Source: Podarcis filfolensis
Taxonomy: Eukaryota
Assembly: GCA_964270895.1 (NCBI GenBank)
Contig: OZ185439.1
Direction: 5' to 3' (one strand)
Length of the DNA: 64,000 bases
Every line of letters starts with the position of its first letter. Position 1 is the stretch's first letter. The position numbers and the translations under genes were made by a program. The notes under the pieces are model-generated. The model had not been told where the DNA came from. It worked only from the letters and a program-made list of their open reading frames with translations, and ran no database searches. This document shows positions 62,240 through 64,000 of this stretch, piece after piece.

Positions 62240-62368
62240 ATTGCTTAGTTTTGTTCTTGTTTTTATTATGCATTTTGTGTTTTCATCTTGTATTTTTATG
62301 TTGTTATCCACCCTGAGATCTTCAAATGAAGGGAATATACAAACTTAATAAACAATAAAACAAATAAG
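62240..62368 (+). mobile_element. L2-type LINE 3' end
   Basis: T-rich tract, then ccaccctgagatcttcaaatgaagggaatatacaaacttaataaa and an A-rich tail. Confidence 0.55.
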
Positions 62369-64000
62369 TTTTACTACAAACCAACCTTGCTGGGTCTTCT
62401 TAAGGGTGATTGATATAATGTATGTGATCCAAACCCCATGAAAGCAAAATGCATTCATGCAGGGGGTTTTTACCTATCCACCCTACTTGAAACATGCCGT
62501 TTCTAAATGCTTCAAAGCCAAAACTTTCAAAGAAGATGAACTCTCCCCTCCAGAAAGTCACAATCATTACCTTAGGTCCATTTAATTACTGATTTATTCA
62601 ATATTGCCAATTGCAATTTAAAATGGCTGAGAATCTAGCACAAATCACCAAACACACATCTGGATGGTAGCTTCCTGTACTCTCATGTCACAGTTTGGCA
62701 TCACAAGTACGTGGGAAGAACTCCTAGAAAGAGAAGCACCTTTCTTCCTGGGAGATGCTGTATGAACATTGTGAAGGCATCTGAGCACACAGCAGAGCCT
62801 GTGCTGGTTCCATAATTGCCACCATTAACTTTGTGCAGAAGTGGGGAAGCCCAGCATGGCCTTAAGCTATTGCTGAGTGTGGACTGCAGATATCAAAACA
62901 TCACCCCTAGGCACATGCACACATAGTCATGCTGGCACTTTCGCATGGAAGTATATCCCATATCTTTATTGTATAAGATACAATTAATTGCCCTTCTGTT
63001 TTTCCCGATTTTGTCATTCGAATGGACAAAGCAGGACACAAATTTGAGTTACACACGAAAATCTTTATTTCAGAAACTGCTAACTATGAGCTGAACCTCA
63101 GTGAAGGTTTGCTATGTCAAATCTAAAGGTGCTCTACCGTTATGAGAGAGAATGGAAATGCCTTGAGAAAGGAGGAGGATGCTACAGTAGGTCTGCAGCA
63201 TGGAAATGTTGAACTGGAGTTTATGGATCAAGTGCATGCAAACATGAATTGTGCCTCTGTTTTTAAGGGACCCCATGTGTAAAGGATGAAGTGAGTTTTG
63301 CTATGGTGAGGATTAAAACAAACCGGAACGAAAAGGTTGTAAAGTGTGTCTTATTACTGGAGAGAGGAGGAGGTTAAGAACTATTATCATTTCTCATAAT
63401 GGCCCATGGAAACCATGCAATCTATTTAACATCCATATTACTTTAGTTCAGGACACTGAAATGTGTGTAGTATAACTTGAGCATAAATCTTCCTGGCTTT
63501 TAGCAATTCACCTAATCTACTGCTGCTCACATTAGCTCCTGAGTGAGTGATTCAGGAGGAGTTGAAAATTATATAGGGCACATTGGGAACAAGGGAGGAT
63601 GGATACCGGGAGGAAAATGGGTAGACAAAGTGGCAGGATACAACAAAACCAAAACACCAAACCGGCTTGCAAATATAAAGGACAATTTTACTTAGTTCAA
63701 CAAATTAAAGTGCAACGTGCATATCAAAGCCTGGAGATCTACATATGGCTATGTGAAGAACCCTTTCTTGCAACCATTCCCACTTACAGGACTTTGCGCT
63801 TCCAGTAGATAATTAACTGTAGAACGATTCACTTGTTTCAGCTGTGCTATGACACTATTACTATATACATTATTGGCAGAGTTGTGCCACTAGTTGACTG
63901 TATGTCTATAAGTATCTCCAGGCTTTGATATGCACATTGCACTCTAATTTGTTGAACTAAGTAAAATTGTCCTTTATATTTGCAAGCCGGTTTGGTGTTT

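Noticed and set aside
1-64000. CRISPR arrays, rRNA, NUMT, viral or transposase ORFs
   Set aside because: No regularly spaced repeat-spacer structure and no rRNA-, mitochondrial-, RT- or transposase-like sequence was seen.

Overview
Vertebrate genomic DNA from a squamate reptile; the Sauria SINE subtypes look lacertid (inference). No prokaryotic features. Two genes lie on the minus strand. (1) The 3' part of ABLIM1: 11 coding exons traced by hand from 58729 down to the stop at 38075. They join in frame into 893 nt (about 297 aa) ending in the villin headpiece, and include an 8-nt microexon, a GC-AG intron, a GAG acceptor and a tandem acceptor. A 3' UTR of about 4.6 kb follows and contains a 374-bp inverted-repeat element. 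(2) After about 13 kb of intergenic DNA, the CpG-island promoter and 16-nt first coding exon of AFAP1L2 (ATG at 19744); intron 1 runs off the left edge and exon 2 was not found. The rest is intronic or intergenic DNA with Sauria SINEs, CR1/L2 LINE ends, MIR/Squam3-like and tRNA-Lys/CR1 SINEs, hAT and Tc1/mariner MITEs, short palindromic repeats and a probable solo LTR. Most ORFs in the supplied track are spurious. I found no convincing wholly new system. The best leads are splicing-related: microexons, antisense SINE tails that create frame-preserving microexon signals, a distant branch point, the UTR hairpin, and a twin-priming-like SINE inversion. Protein identities rest on remembered human/mouse sequences, not on a database search.
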